From contig CM074812.1 of NCBI GenBank assembly GCA_037447605.1, forward strand, positions 2,604,001 to 2,668,000: DNA of 64,000 nucleotides, read 5' to 3'. The notes below the pieces were generated by a model, which was not told the DNA's origin, ran no database searches, and was given only the letters and a program-made list of their open reading frames with translations. A program made the translations under genes and the position numbers. Below are positions 35,240-47,850 of this stretch, one piece after another. Source of the DNA: Zygnema circumcarinatum SAG 698-1b (taxonomy: Eukaryota; Plantae; Zygnematophyceae). Numbering within the stretch: position 1 is the first letter of the stretch; every line of letters starts with the position of its first letter.

Positions 35240-38200
35240 CTAGGAGGGCCAGTTCCTGTACCATCCCGCCCAGGCCGATACAAGTCCGCTCGCTCCAAAA
35301 ACAAAGGGATGGGAACAAAACCGGTTTGGTTCTATCTCTGCGATCGCAATGATGAGGTCTGCCACGTTGGCAGCAATGCCCATACATTGGAAGACTCTCT
35401 TGGCTTGAATTTCTTCTATACTGCTCTTCAGCTTCTTCACTTCATCTTCAAATTTGGCTAAGTCCCACTTGTCCTCCTCTCCCTCTCCCTCTCCTCTCTC
35501 TCCCCGGTCTCGTCTCCCTGTCTGTCCTCCAGTTGCACTCTTCCCTCCTTTCTCGTCTCCCTCTCCTCCACTCTCTCCTCTTCTCTCTCCGTTCTCGCCT
35601 CCCTCTTCTCCCTCTCCTCTCTCTTCTCCTCTCTCTCCTCTCTCTCCTCTCTCTCCTCTCTCTCCGCCTCTCTCTCCGCCTCTCTCCTGATCTCTCCGCC
35701 TCTCCTCTGCCTCCCTCTGCTCTTTCTGCCCTCTCTCCGCCTCTCTCCTCTCTCTCCGCCTCTCTCTCCGCCTCTCTCTCCGCCTCTCTCTCCGCCTCTC
35801 TCTCCTCTCTCTCCTCCCTCTCCTCTCTCACTCTCTCGCGGTGTCGCCTTCAAAGCCGATGAGCGGACTCGTTCGTGGCCGGGCAGGAGAAAAATTTTAT
35901 TTAGGACTGAGGAGGAGGGTTCTCTATTGCTTGAAAGTTTTCGGACTTCCGGTTTGTACTGGATGCGGTTATTTTCGGCTGCCCGTAATTCGAGCATTTG
36001 CAGCTTCTCCTTCAAACGCTTCTCTTCCTTTTGGCCTTTTCGGATTAAAATAATTTCCATAATGATGAAGGCGATGTATGAGACTGCTTCTCCGGAAGCA
36101 GAAATATGGCAAGCTTTGACTGCAAGGGAAAAAAGGAAAAGAAAAGAAACGGAGGGGAAAGAGAGAGAGCGAGAGAGAGAGAGACGGGGAGTGAGGGGCG
36201 GTTCAGGGTTTAGGGTTTTAGCGGGTTAAGGAAACAGGCTATGGTTCAGAGGCTATGGACTCAGGGTATAGGCTTTGGGGTTTTAGGGTTAATGGTTTAG
36301 GGATTAGGGTTTAGGGTTAAGGTTTGGGGTTGAGTGTTCAAGTTGTAGGGTGTAGGGTTTAGGGTTTAGAGATTAGGGATTAGAGATTAGGGTTTAGAGG
36401 TTTAGAGTTTGGGTATGATTCAGGGTTTAGGGATTATGGTTCAGGGTATAGGGGTTAAGGTTTAGGGTTTAGAAATTAGGCTCAAGATTGAGGGTGAGGT
36501 CTTGGGAGGGTTTAGGTTAGGATTAGGGTTTAGAGCTTTCGGAGTTGAGGGTTTAGGTTGAGGGTTTAGGGTTTAAGGTTTAGGGGTTCGAGTATATGGT
36601 TTAGGATATGATTTAGGATTTCGGGGCTATGGTTTAGGGTAGGATGTTTAAAGTTTAGGGTTTAGGGTTTAAGTTTTAGGGTTTAGGGTTTAGTTTTTAG
36701 GGTTTAGGTTTTAGGGTTTAGGGTTTAGGGTTTACCTGCAACATGGGAATCGAGGAGGCCCGCTTTGGACATCCACGCGAAGTGGTCGAAGAAGAAGTAC
36801 ACCATGTCCCCTCCGTTGCCCAGCAGGGCCAGCACAGCCATCTGCAGAGGGAGGGAGGGAGGGAGAGCGAGAGAGGGAGGGAGGGAAAGAGGGAGGGAGG
36901 GAGGGAGGGAGAGAGAGAGAGAGGTGGAGGGAGGGAGGGAGGAGGGAGGGAGAGAGAGGGGGGGTGTGAGCAAAGGCAAAGATGAAAGGTTTAGACTAAG
37001 GGGGGAGAGCGAGTTTGGGAGGGAAGGTTAACGAAGAGAGGGGGAGGGAGACGGGAAGTGACTGCGACAGAGGAGTTGAGAGTGCCATAGTGGGGGATAG
37101 AGCAAGCAGGCAGAAAGGGAGGGGAAGGAGAGAGGAAGGGGAGAGAGAGAGGGAGTGTATGGAAGTGAGCGAGGTTGAGAAAGTGAGGTTTTAGAGAACG
37201 GGAAAAAAGTGTGTGTGAGAGAGAGAGAGAGAGGAAGAGGGGGCTGTGAGAGGTAAATTTAAGGGTTCAGCAGTAGAAGTTAGAAGTGAGGGAAAGGGCG
37301 TGTGGTTGAGGAAAGAGAGAGAGAGGGGAGGGGTCTCTACTTCAAAAAATTGCTTCATTTCAACTGATTTCTATTATATCTCATTATTACTTTCCTTGCA
37401 ATATTTTTACTGACCAGAAAATTAGGGTTGCCCGTGTGTCTAAGTGCATTGAATCCGGACAGAAACCGTCCGGTTCGGAAAGCCTTCCTGCTCAGACCAC
37501 ACTGCCCAGAAAAAAGCATGGCCCGGGCAGCCAACTCTGCACCCCAAAACAAGAAAAATAAACAATAAATAGATTAAATAGACAATTTGGACGAAAGACA
37601 AAACAGAAATACGGTGAATGCAAAAGACTAAGAAAAAAAAAAACACACCCACACAAACGTTCAAATCCATAGCACTAATCCTCCCTTTGCTGCTTCCTCG
37701 TCAAACCCTCGTTACCTCCTCCTCCTCCCTCTCCTCTCCTCCCCTTCCCTCCCCTCCTCCTCCCATTTCCGCAATCCTCCCTATCGCTCCCACTCCCATT
37801 CATTCCCTCCTTTCCCACTCCTACTCCCTAATCTCTCCCTCCGTCACATTCTCTTCACACGCCACGCTTTCCTCCCTTCCTCTCCCATTCCATATCTCCT
37901 TTCTTTACTCCTCTGAATCCCTCTCTGACTTTCCCCTTCGCCAAGCCCACCCTTCTGCCTCACCCACCCTCCTTCGACAGCTCCCTCTCTCTCCCCCCCT
38001 CCCACCCCATCTCCCCACCCCCTAACCCTCCACCATTCCCTCCTCCCCCCACTCCTCCCTCCCCACCTTCCACCCCGCCCCCCCTCCCTCCCTCCCCTCT
38101 CCCCTCCTTACCTCTTCCCTCCTCCCTCCCCCTCCCATCCCTCCNNNNNNNNNNCCCTCCCCCTCCCTCCCTCCCTCCCTCCCTCCCTCCCTCCTTCCCT

Positions 38201-38394
38201 CTCTCCCTCCTCCCTCCCCTCCCTCCTCCCTCCCTCCCCCCCTCACCAGGGTGCGTGTTATGCAGGCGCCAGTGCGTGAGCCTTCCAACGTATTGGAAAG
38301 TCTTCACGAGCTTATCGATGCCGTCCCTTTTCGCCAGAAACGCCACCAGCCGATCGAGGCCGTCCGATTCCTTCCGCACCGCCATGGCCGCCAT
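35240..38394 (-). CDS. PEX11B: Peroxisomal membrane protein PEX11B-like
   Basis: Exons 38394-38247, 37536-37415, 36841-36736, 36119-35832, 35457-35240; the last intron is tentative. Motifs LDRLVAFLAKRDGIDKLVKTFQYV, GLSRKAFRTGR, GDMVYFFFDH, MGIAANVADL and GLVSAWAGWYRNWPS* (the same C-terminus I recall for Arabidopsis PEX11B). Confidence 0.93.
36145..36735. repeat. Telomere-like (TTTAGGG)n array filling PEX11B intron 3
   Basis: The array runs directly into the donor, which reads GTAAACCCTAAACCC on the sense strand. Confidence 0.9.
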
Positions 38395-38844
38395 GGCGCG
38401 GACCCCCTCACCTCTGAACCCTAAAACCCTAAAAACCCTAAAAACCCTGCGCGGCAAACAATCCCTTAAACCCTCACAACCTAAAGACTACCTCCGCCGC
38501 AAATGCAGGTGAAAATGAAAGAAAATTTAGAGGGAATCCTCAAACCTCAATCCCAAAACCCTAAACCCTAGAACCTTAAACCCTCAACCCTACAACCTTC
38601 AACCCTAAACCCGGAACCCTAAACTCTACACAATCCGAAAGCCTTAAATCCTAAAACTCGAAACCTGAACCCTAGAAGAGGCCGGTGTAGCCGAAGGATG
38701 GGGAGTTAGGGTGTTTCAAAGTTTAAAGATTTGTAGGGTTTCGGGTTTTAGGGTTCCATAGATGTACGTGACCAGGGTTTCAAGGATTAGGGTTTGAGGG
38801 ATGTACGGAACGAGTGTCACAGCGAATCAGGGTTTTAGGCTTCG

Positions 38845-39650
38845 GACCAATGCGGTAGCGCCACGTGGCTGCCCGGAAGGGGTTCAGGTAGGGCTTCACC
38901 CTCCTTGAAACCCAGAACAGTTTCACAAACGGAATCCCGCAGCCAATCACGCACCACCACGTGGCTAGACTGATCCACGTGGATGGCTCTGAGCCGTCTC
39001 GGCCATGTGACTCACTTTATGACCGTCGATTCACGATCGTGCAGATCTCCAATAAGCCGATCTTTGTACAAGTGTACGGAGATTAGTCCGTTCCGCGGCC
39101 ACGCGACGCGGCGCGTTTCTTGGTCAATCAGGCCAACGTGGCACCGACCTGACACTGACGTGGCTTTCATTGTAGCTGACATGGCAAAAGCGTTGGAAAT
39201 GCCAATGACGGAGTGCCACGTGTCACATTAGATCAGCATTGTTGCCACGGTGACAATGTTATTGCCACGTAGGTGCGCAGAAAGGCACCGACGTGACTTC
39301 GATTGGGAGCTGGCGTGGCAAACGACGTTGGAAGTACCCAATAACGGATTGCCACGTGTCAAAAAGATCGGCCATGATGCCACGCTGACGATGTTCTTGC
39401 CACGTAGGGCGCGGGAAAGCACCAACATGGGTTCGATTGGGAGCTGCTGATGTGGCAGAAGTCGTTGGTTATAACTTATAACCAATAAGGCCTAAGCAAA
39501 ACCCTAGCGGTGACCGGGACCAAATCACCTAAGGACCTCGGATCTCTGCGAATCGCGTGCTGCCACGTGGTGTCACATAAATAAAAAGCCAGAAACGTTT
39601 TCCCAACGGGCACATGTTTAAATGAATCACGTGATGCCACGTGGCATATG
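38845..39650. promoter_or_regulatory. Divergent promoter region with four CCAAT-N9-CCACG (ERSE-I-type) elements and many G-box/ACGT cores
   Basis: CCAAT at 38847, 38943, 39202 and 39338, each followed after exactly 9 nt by CCACGTG. A diverged ~136-bp tandem repeat spans 39180-39460; more CACGTG at about 38976, 39563, 39628 and 39638. Confidence 0.7.
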
Positions 39651-40835
39651 TTTTTTCTCCAAATTTTGTAAAGATGTGCAGAAGCTACAAATAGACCGTA
39701 CTTCTGCGTACGTGACTGTACAGTTTTGACTTAAGTGAACGGTCGGATGACTGGGATGATCTGCCAGCTGGCGAGATGTCCTTTCATCCGTATACGTTGT
39801 CGTTTTTAATAAAGACAAGGTACGGATCCCCAAGTGGCCTGTAAGAACAGTACGGACTTGAAAATTGGAAAACAAGCCGCGCGGGTTTCGCGGGAGCCGT
39901 TGGGGGCTGCGGGGAGGGATGGAGGGAGAAGGAGAGGGAGAGGGAGAGGGAGTGGGAGTGGGAGTGGGAGTGGGAGAGGNNNNNNNNNNGGAGAGGGAGT
40001 GGGAGAGGGAGAGGGAGAGGGAAACGGAGAGGGAGAGGGAAACGGAGAGGGAAGGAGAGGGAGTAAGAGGGATCGTGGAGAGAGAGGGGAGTGGGAGAGA
40101 CAGGGGAGGGAGTGGGAGAGGGAGAGGGAGAGAGAAAGGGGAGGGAGAGTGGGAAAGCGAGGGGAAGGAGAGTGGGAGAGAGGGGGAGACTGGGAGGGAG
40201 AGAGAGGGGAGGCAGAGTGGGAGAGAGAGTGAAAGACGGTCGGATAGTGAGAATGGGAGTCGGAGGGGGAGAGGGAGGCAGTTGGATAAGGAGGGAGTGG
40301 GAGGGAAGGAGTGCGAGAGGGAGGGAGTAGGGGAAGGAGGAAGTGGCAGAGGGTGGGAGTGGGAGAGGGAGGGAGTTGGAGGGAGTAAGAGGGGAACGAA
40401 GTGGCAGGAGGAGTGGGAGAGGGAGTGGGAGGAGGGGGCGATTCAGGAGGAATTTGGGAAGCGGGCGAGGGAGGCTGAAGGATAGCGAGAGAGAGAAAGA
40501 AAGAGACAGAGAGAGAGAGACAAAGACAGAGATAGAGAAAGAGAGAGGGAGACACAGAGAGTGAGAGAGAGGGAGACAGAGAGAGTGAAAGAGAGTGACA
40601 GAGAGAGCAAACGAGACAGGGCGAGAGATAGACAGAAAGAAAGAGAGAGAGAGAGGGCGAGAGATAGCAATGGAAAATGCGCGGATGGAGTGGCCAATGT
40701 GGAGGAGCAGTGGAGGAAAGGAACTGGACACTTGTAAAACTTTGGAATTGAAACTGAAACTGATACTGAAAACTGAACGGAAGTGAAAACTGAAACTAGA
40801 CTGCACAGATCGGGGGGGAGAATTGGACATAGAAC

Positions 40836-43800
40836 ATGGGCGGGTATATATGCACTGTCGTCGTGGTTCTCTCTGTGAAGGAGGGAGGCAGAATTGAGCG
40901 CAATTCTTCAAGTAAGAAGTGTGAGTTAGAGTGAGGAGAGGGAGAGGGAGAGGGAGAGGGTGTGGGAGAGGGAAAGGAAGTGGGAGAGGGAGTGAGAGAG
41001 AGAGAAACCGCTAAGCAGAGAGAGAGAGAGGAATTAGGAGGAGGGGGAGCAGGGCCGCAACAATATCAAGTAGTCATGTTGAACCATCTGCAGGTGAGCA
41101 GAGAGAGCGTCTTCTTTATCCCTCTGATGTCTCTCTCTGCTGCTGTGAAAGAACTCGGTTTTGTTACATCTTTTTTGTTTATAGATGTATACATATGCCT
41201 ATCTTTCTCTCTCTCTCTCTCTCTTCTCCTCCTCTCTCCCTCTCTCTCTCTCCCTCTGTCTGACTCCCTCCCTCTCTCTTTCTTCTCCATATAAATATGC
41301 ACGTAGCTATGGCTGTTTATACATTACATGTATACATTATATACATATATATATAAAATAAAATAAGGAGATAAAGTAACTCTGTTTCCAAAAAGATTAG
41401 ACATATGGATATGCATATACATGTTCAGTTTTTTTGAAATTTGAGTGTTGAATTTTGAGTTGTGTAGGACAATTTGGAGGAGAAGGGGAGGGCGGAAATC
41501 AAGCAGCTCTGCCGCCAGTTCGCAATCCCAACGGCGGGAATCAAGGTACCTCTCACCTTTCGCTTTTCCTGATTTTTTTTTTCTTTCTGTTTTATAAATG
41601 AAATAAAATTGTTTGATAAGGAGGAAGAAAAGGTGGGAAGGAAAGGGGTGGAAAATCCACAGTCAAGGAATTATGTAACAAAAAAAAAATGAGAATGGGA
41701 GATGGGAGGGGGAGGGAGGAGGGAGGGAGGNNNNNNNNNNCTCTCTCTCTCTCTCTCTCTCTCTCAGGGAGGGAGGGAGGGACGGAGGGAGGGAGGGAGG
41801 GAGGGAGGGAGGGAGGGAGGGAGGGAGAGAGGGAGAAGGGAGGGAGACAGACTGTACGAGGGATAAAGAAACAGAGAAAGGTTTAGGACATCACTTGTCT
41901 AACTGAACTAACCAAGACACAAGTCATCGATGGCATGAATTTAAAAAAGGTAGCGCTCGAAATTGTGATGAAAAACATAGAAAAGGAGGAAAAAAAGGAT
42001 GGAGCCTTTCATTTGCTCTGCTCCAAAAAGAAAAAGAAAGTGAAAGAAAAGAATTCCTGACTCTATTTCCTATGACAAATTCAGATATTTTCGTACAATT
42101 AGTTCATTTCCAACTTTCTGACATGCATCTTTGAATTTTCTCTCCATATTGCTTTCTCCTTCTCTCTCTCTCACTCTCTTACTGTCTCTCTATCTCCATT
42201 TCTCTCTCTCTTTCTCCCACTCCCCTCTCCTCATTTCACTCTTTCTGTCGTTCTCTCACTCCCTTTCTCACTCTTTTCTGTTTCGCTCTCTCTGCCCCCT
42301 CTCCTCTCTCTCCTCCACCCCTCGCCCTCATTCTCTCTCCCCCCGCCCCTATCTCTCTTTCCCCCTCTCTGTCTCCTCTCTCTCTCTCTCCACTCTCTCG
42401 TCTCCTTTCCTCTCTCGCTCCCGCCCCTCTCTCTCTCACTCTCTCCCCCCCCTCTCACTGCAGACTGCTCTCCTGGTCAAGAATCTGAGGACCAAACTCC
42501 ACGCTGGGCGGCAGCATGCCATTTCCATGCGGCTCCAATCGACACCAAAAAGGTAAGAATCAAAAAATTGAATTTGTTAGAAATTATTTGGACACTTGAT
42601 TAGATCTTAGTAGTAACCGAATCTGAATTTGAGTCAACAAAAAAACCTTGCCTCCCTCCCTCCCTCCCTCCCTCCCTCCCTTCCTCCTTCCCATCCCTCC
42701 CCTCCCTCCCCTCCCTNNNNNNNNNNTTCCTCCCCTCCCTCCCCTCCCTCCCCTCCCTCCCCTCCCTCCCTCCCTCCCTCTCACTCTCTCTCCTCTCATT
42801 TCACGCAGGCTTTTGACATGGAACTCGGCCTCTCGTCTCAGTCCTCCCCTTAAATCTGAATCGCCTTCGTCAAAATCCCCATTCTCTACTTCAAAAATTT
42901 CTCCCCAAATATTTCCTCCGAAAGAAGATGAACATATTTCAAATTTGGACTCACCAAAGGAGCAAGACGCGCAGCAAAGTCGAAAAAAAATTCCGGGCAG
43001 CGGAAAACTTCCGCCGGTGGCAGAAAAAAATTCCCCGACTCCGCCCCATTCAGGGCGATTTTCGCGATTGGGTACAAATGGGGGTTTAATGAAAGACGTC
43101 GATTATTTGGGGACTTTTGGACTGCTGACGTCATCACCTGCAGCTCTTGCAGCCCTTTTTTCTGCCGAAGAGAAAAGAAAAAATTTGAATTCGAAAAATT
43201 TCGAGTCGGAAATTGTTTTGGAGTCGCAAGTACCCGATTATACGGAAGAAAGCAAAAAAAGGTATATTTCGTCTGAAGGAGGAAAACCGGAGAGGGCTAA
43301 GATAGAAAAGAGTTTTAAAGCTGCCCGAACTTCGACTTGTTTGGCCTTGCAGCAAGTCACAGAGACTGCCAGAAAGTTTCCGCCTGCCCGGGAACCTCGG
43401 GATGCTTCGGAACAATCCGAAAATTCTGGAACTTTGGGACCGCCGGTCAAAATTATTTCCAAAATTTTGCCTTCCAAGAAGGAGGAGGAAAATCGTACCA
43501 AAGGAAAAGGAGGAAATATCGCAAAAATGAAGATAAAGAGGGATGAAAAAAATGGTGGTAGTGACCCCAATATCGAAAATGGGAATAAAGATGAGACGGT
43601 TTCTATGTCAAATTTTGAAAAAGTTTCGCAAATAGTGAGCCCTCCAGGGAAGGGGTCTGCGAATAACGGAACAGCGAAACAGCGACATGGAACGAGGAGG
43701 GGAGGAAGTAAGAGAAGGAGAGAGAGAGCGAGGAGGATGCTGAGCCCCATTAGGGAGGGAGTGGTCTATTTGGGACCTGAAGGGAGAGAGAGTGCGAAGT

Positions 43801-44224
43801 CGAGAGGGTGGTACAGGATCAAAGGAGAGGCTGCATTGGTAATAGAGGAGAGGGTGGAAGGAGAGGAGGGAGAGGAGGGAGGAGGAGAGGGAGCCGGGGA
43901 GGGAGGAGAGAGAGTACGGAGGAGGAGAGAGAGGGGAGGAGGAGAGGGAGGAGGAAATGCGGAGATGGTGAAGTGGCTCAAGTGGAGGAGGTGGACTTTC
44001 CGAAAGGAGGGTGGAGGATGGGGAGAGGCGGGAGGGAGGAAGAGGGAGAGAAGGTGGAGGAGTGGCGAGAGAGAGAGATGGAGTAGGATGGAGGAGTGCT
44101 TTCAAGCTCTCCCTTCCCTCTACCTTCCCTCCCGTTCTGCTCTCCCATCTCCCTCGCCTTACAAAGGTGTGCGAGTCCATGAGCTGGAACGAGAAGGCAC
44201 GGTGGGTAACACTGCAATGCAGTG

Positions 44225-44260
<36 letters not shown>

Positions 44261-46424
44261 TGAAAAAAGGGAGGTCGATTAGGGAACTGGAGGGGGAGTG
44301 GGAGAGGAATGCGAGTTAGGCGGGGAGGAGAGGCCGGTCAATGAGAGGGGTTGATTGGAGGGAGAGGAGGAGGATGGGAGTGGGCAATGAGAGAGAAAGG
44401 ATAGGAAGAGCTGGGAGAGGGAGGGTAGCGAGAGAGAGGGAGAAGGGTAGGGGGGGGAAGAGGAGGGGAAGGAGAGGGAAGGAGAGGGGGAGGGGGGTGA
44501 GGGGGTTGGAGTTGGAGAGAGGGAGAGGGAAAGGGAGTGAGAGAGCGAGAGGAACAGAGATGGTTCTATACATTTTTTTCATTTTTGTTTCTTTTTGGTC
44601 CCTCTCTTTTTATTCTTCAATTTTTTTTCTCGCTTCTTGCAGGTCACCTGCTTCTCTCCCGATCTCAAATTTTGCTCTATTCCCGTTGAGCATAGAATTG
44701 GTCGATTCCGTTCCGTTGAAACGGAAAACGGAACTGTCCGCCATTCTTCCACAAAGAACGAGTCTTCTTCCTCCTTCAAGGTATACACAAATGAGATTTT
44801 TCTGGAGAATCCAATTTCTCAAATTTACGAAATTTCTGAAACGACCGATTTTTCGAATGAAACGGAAATCCGTGAAACGGATTTTTGTGGTTCTGCCGTT
44901 GACATGGAAACACAGTATTCAGAGATTTTAAGGCCCTTAGAAGGAGGATCGAATATTGAAGATTATAAAAATTCGAATTTTTTTGAAGGGGAAGCAATTT
45001 TGGAGAGAGGAGATTTATTGAGGAGCCGAGAATTTTTTTCTGATATTGAAGGGGAGGATTTTTCAGACAGAGGAGGTTTTTCGGGCAGTCGAGAAGTTTT
45101 TGGTGAGGGGCAGCTCCGAAATGAGGGCTACTTTTCTGAAGGGGAAATAAAGGGAGGAATTTTCCGGGCAGAAATTTCGGAGGGATTGGGACTCGAAAAA
45201 TCGCCTCCCCCCAAAATAAAAGACATAGGAAATTGTTTAGCTGCCCAGAAAGTAGACGACAACGAAAAGAATATCTTTTCTTTATTCAATTCTTCGATCT
45301 ACCTTGAAGAGGAGGAGGAGGGCCAGAATTGCAATTTTTCTGAAGAAATCGGAGGATTGGATGAGAATCAAATCTCAAAATTTTCGGAAAATGCGACGGT
45401 CGAAGAAATTTTGACGGTTTCGGATAAACTGGAAACGGAACTGTTCGGCCGTTACATGGAAAATGTTCTTTTGGGTGGCTCAATAGATGCTATAAGTACT
45501 ACTCCTGCTTGCTGCATCGCTACCACTACCACTCCTACCCCTCTCTCTCCTACTACTCCTACCCCTCCTCTCTCTCCTATCACTCCTACCTCTCCCATCT
45601 CTCCTACTACTCGTACCCCTCCTCGCTTTCCTATCACTCCCACCTCTCCCATCGCTCCTACCCCTCCTACCCCTCCTATCACCCCTCCCTCTCTCATCGC
45701 TCCCATCGCTATTACCATTCCTACCTCTCCCACTCCCACTACTCCGACAGAGTCCGTCACTCCTTGCGGTAATGCTACTACCGCTTCTACAGGTACTGGT
45801 GCTGTTAATGGTTGTGGTAGTGGTACTGGTAGGGGTACAGCCGTTATTGCAGACTTATCAGCGGAAGGAGGGAGATTGAACGCGCTTTTGTTTTGGAAGG
45901 AGAGAGAGAGAGAGAGCGAGAGAGAGGACCAAGCGAGGAGGAGCTGGAAAAACGCAAAATCAGTACGGACGCTCGCCATTGGAAACCGGAGGGCAAGCGG
46001 AGGAGGAAACAAGGAGAGGGAGGAGAAGGGAGAGGAGAGAGAGGGAAGAGGTGATGGGAGAGAGCAGAGAGAGCAAGAGAATGGTAGAAAGGATAGGTTC
46101 GAAAAGGGAAGAGAGGGACGAGACGGAGGGGGGCAGAAGGAAGGAGAAAAGGTGAGAGAGAATGTGGGAGGTGATGTGGGAGAGAAGGACAAGGTGCGAG
46201 AGGGAGAGAGAGGCGGAGAGAGAGAGGGTGAGAGAAAGGGGGAGAGAGAGGGAGAGAGGGAGGGCGAGAGAGGGGGAGAGAGAGAGGGAGAGGCAGAGGG
46301 AGAGAGTGAGGGAGAGAGAGGGGAGTCTCCTTTGCTACTTTCGTGGACCCCTTCCCAAACGTTCGGAATGAGTCCTCCTGAATGGTGGGCCCAATTGGCG
46401 GGCTCGCCCTCTGCTATGGTTTAA
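40836..46424 (+). CDS. Uncharacterised low-complexity protein (about 1,200 aa) with an N-terminal SAP/HeH-like motif
   Basis: Exons 40836-40911 (tentative), 41074-41093, 41468-41545, 42464-42552, 42809-44201, 44643-46424 join in phase; the last two are long stop-free ORFs of mostly non-microsatellite sequence. LEEKGRAEIKQLCRQFAIPTAGIKTALLVKNL resembles the SAP consensus. I recognise no full-length homologue. Confidence 0.65.
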
Positions 46425-47535
46425 AAAAACTTCGAATGAGGGAAAAAAAGGAGGGCCAAATTTGTAATATATTCTTCTTGACTTTATCAAGGGGGAAAAG
46501 ACGGAAAAATTGCAGTTTGGGTACAGTTGGGGTACAATTGGGGTGCAATTCGACACTCTTTCAATGCCTTGACTTTAGGAAAGTGGGAGGGGGAAGGGGA
46601 AGGGGTTTAGGGTTTTTTGCTTTCAGGCTATTTGGGTTTTGTCTCGATTTTAATAATAGGAAGGCAGCTCTGTAAAAAAAAAAAGAAAAAAAATTGAGAA
46701 TTAGGGTACAAGACATAAGAGGATGGGCATGATAGAAAATAAAAGTGTGCCGCGAAGTTAAAGCTTTTATATTCGGAATAAAAAGTTTTGCCTCCCCAGT
46801 TTTGGTTTTGCTGCGCACATGGAACAGGGGGGGGGGGTCGGTCCAACATCATAGTAAAGGGTTTTGGGTTTTGGTCTGCGTTGAATTTTATTTTTGAGTT
46901 TCGCTCACTTTTTAGACACTACTACTTCACAAGCAATAATAAATGACATGGCGTCACGTGACGTAACGTGACGTTACTCAAGTACTGTATAACATAGGCT
47001 CTCCGAGTCACTACCATAAACATTGAATGACATGACATGACATTACATGACGTGACGTGACGTGACACGACGTAAACATCTGAACAAGTGCCAATTGGCA
47101 GCAATACATTTGCTTTCTTCTTTTTACATTTTTTTTTTTTTTTTCCCTTAAGGGGGAGATCACAATGGCGATAATGCCATCGAATGTCCATGGACAACAG
47201 CAGCATGGGGAACCACGAGGAACTGGGCGCAACGGACCAGCTCCTCGTGGTTCCTCCTTCCACTTGGTGGTTAACGATTCCCCCATGCATGGCCGAAAAT
47301 GGGCCAACAGGGTGTCATTCTCACGAGGCGTGGGACCGTCCGGCCAATGAAATACCGCCCTCACAAGTGTGAGGGCAGGTCTGGCCAATGAAATAACGAC
47401 CGTACACGTGTGAAACCAGCCAATGGGAACTGTTCGTCGCACTTGCTTCCCATGATTCCGGACAGCTCCCAAGATGCTCGGAGATTCGGTGATGACGTGG
47501 CATGTGATGTAGCTCCGACCCATACATATGGATTT

Positions 47536-47850
47536 CGGGCAGTATTCGCCAAAGAAAAAAAGAAACTCGGCCTCGTGATTAGCTGGCGTGGGCTCAAAAA
47601 TATTTTTTTCCTGCCCGACATGTCAGTTTCAAAGGTACTGAGCTGCCCGAACATTACTGACCAATATATACATCACTGGGGCAGTGAAAAAATAGCATGA
47701 GAAAAAAACTAATAGAGAAATACCGCCTCGTGATTGGCAAAAAGTATTTTTTAACTGCCCGAAATGTCAGTTGTTTAAACGATTTTCTACCCGAACATCA
47801 CCGGAATCAACGACTGCATGATCTCCCAACTGTCGGGACTCGCCGGGCAG
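47536..47850. repeat. Diverged ~155-bp tandem repeat with ctgcccga/gggcag motifs
   Basis: cctcgtgatt at 47571 and 47726, each followed by aaaaa-tattttt-ctgcccga-atgtcagtt and cccgaacat; a third gggcagtg at about 47845. Confidence 0.6.

Noticed and set aside
41546-42463. GA-rich 5' and CT-rich 3' intron halves pairing to aid splicing
   Set aside because: Only this intron shows it clearly and it contains a gap; most introns carry a single tract polarity.
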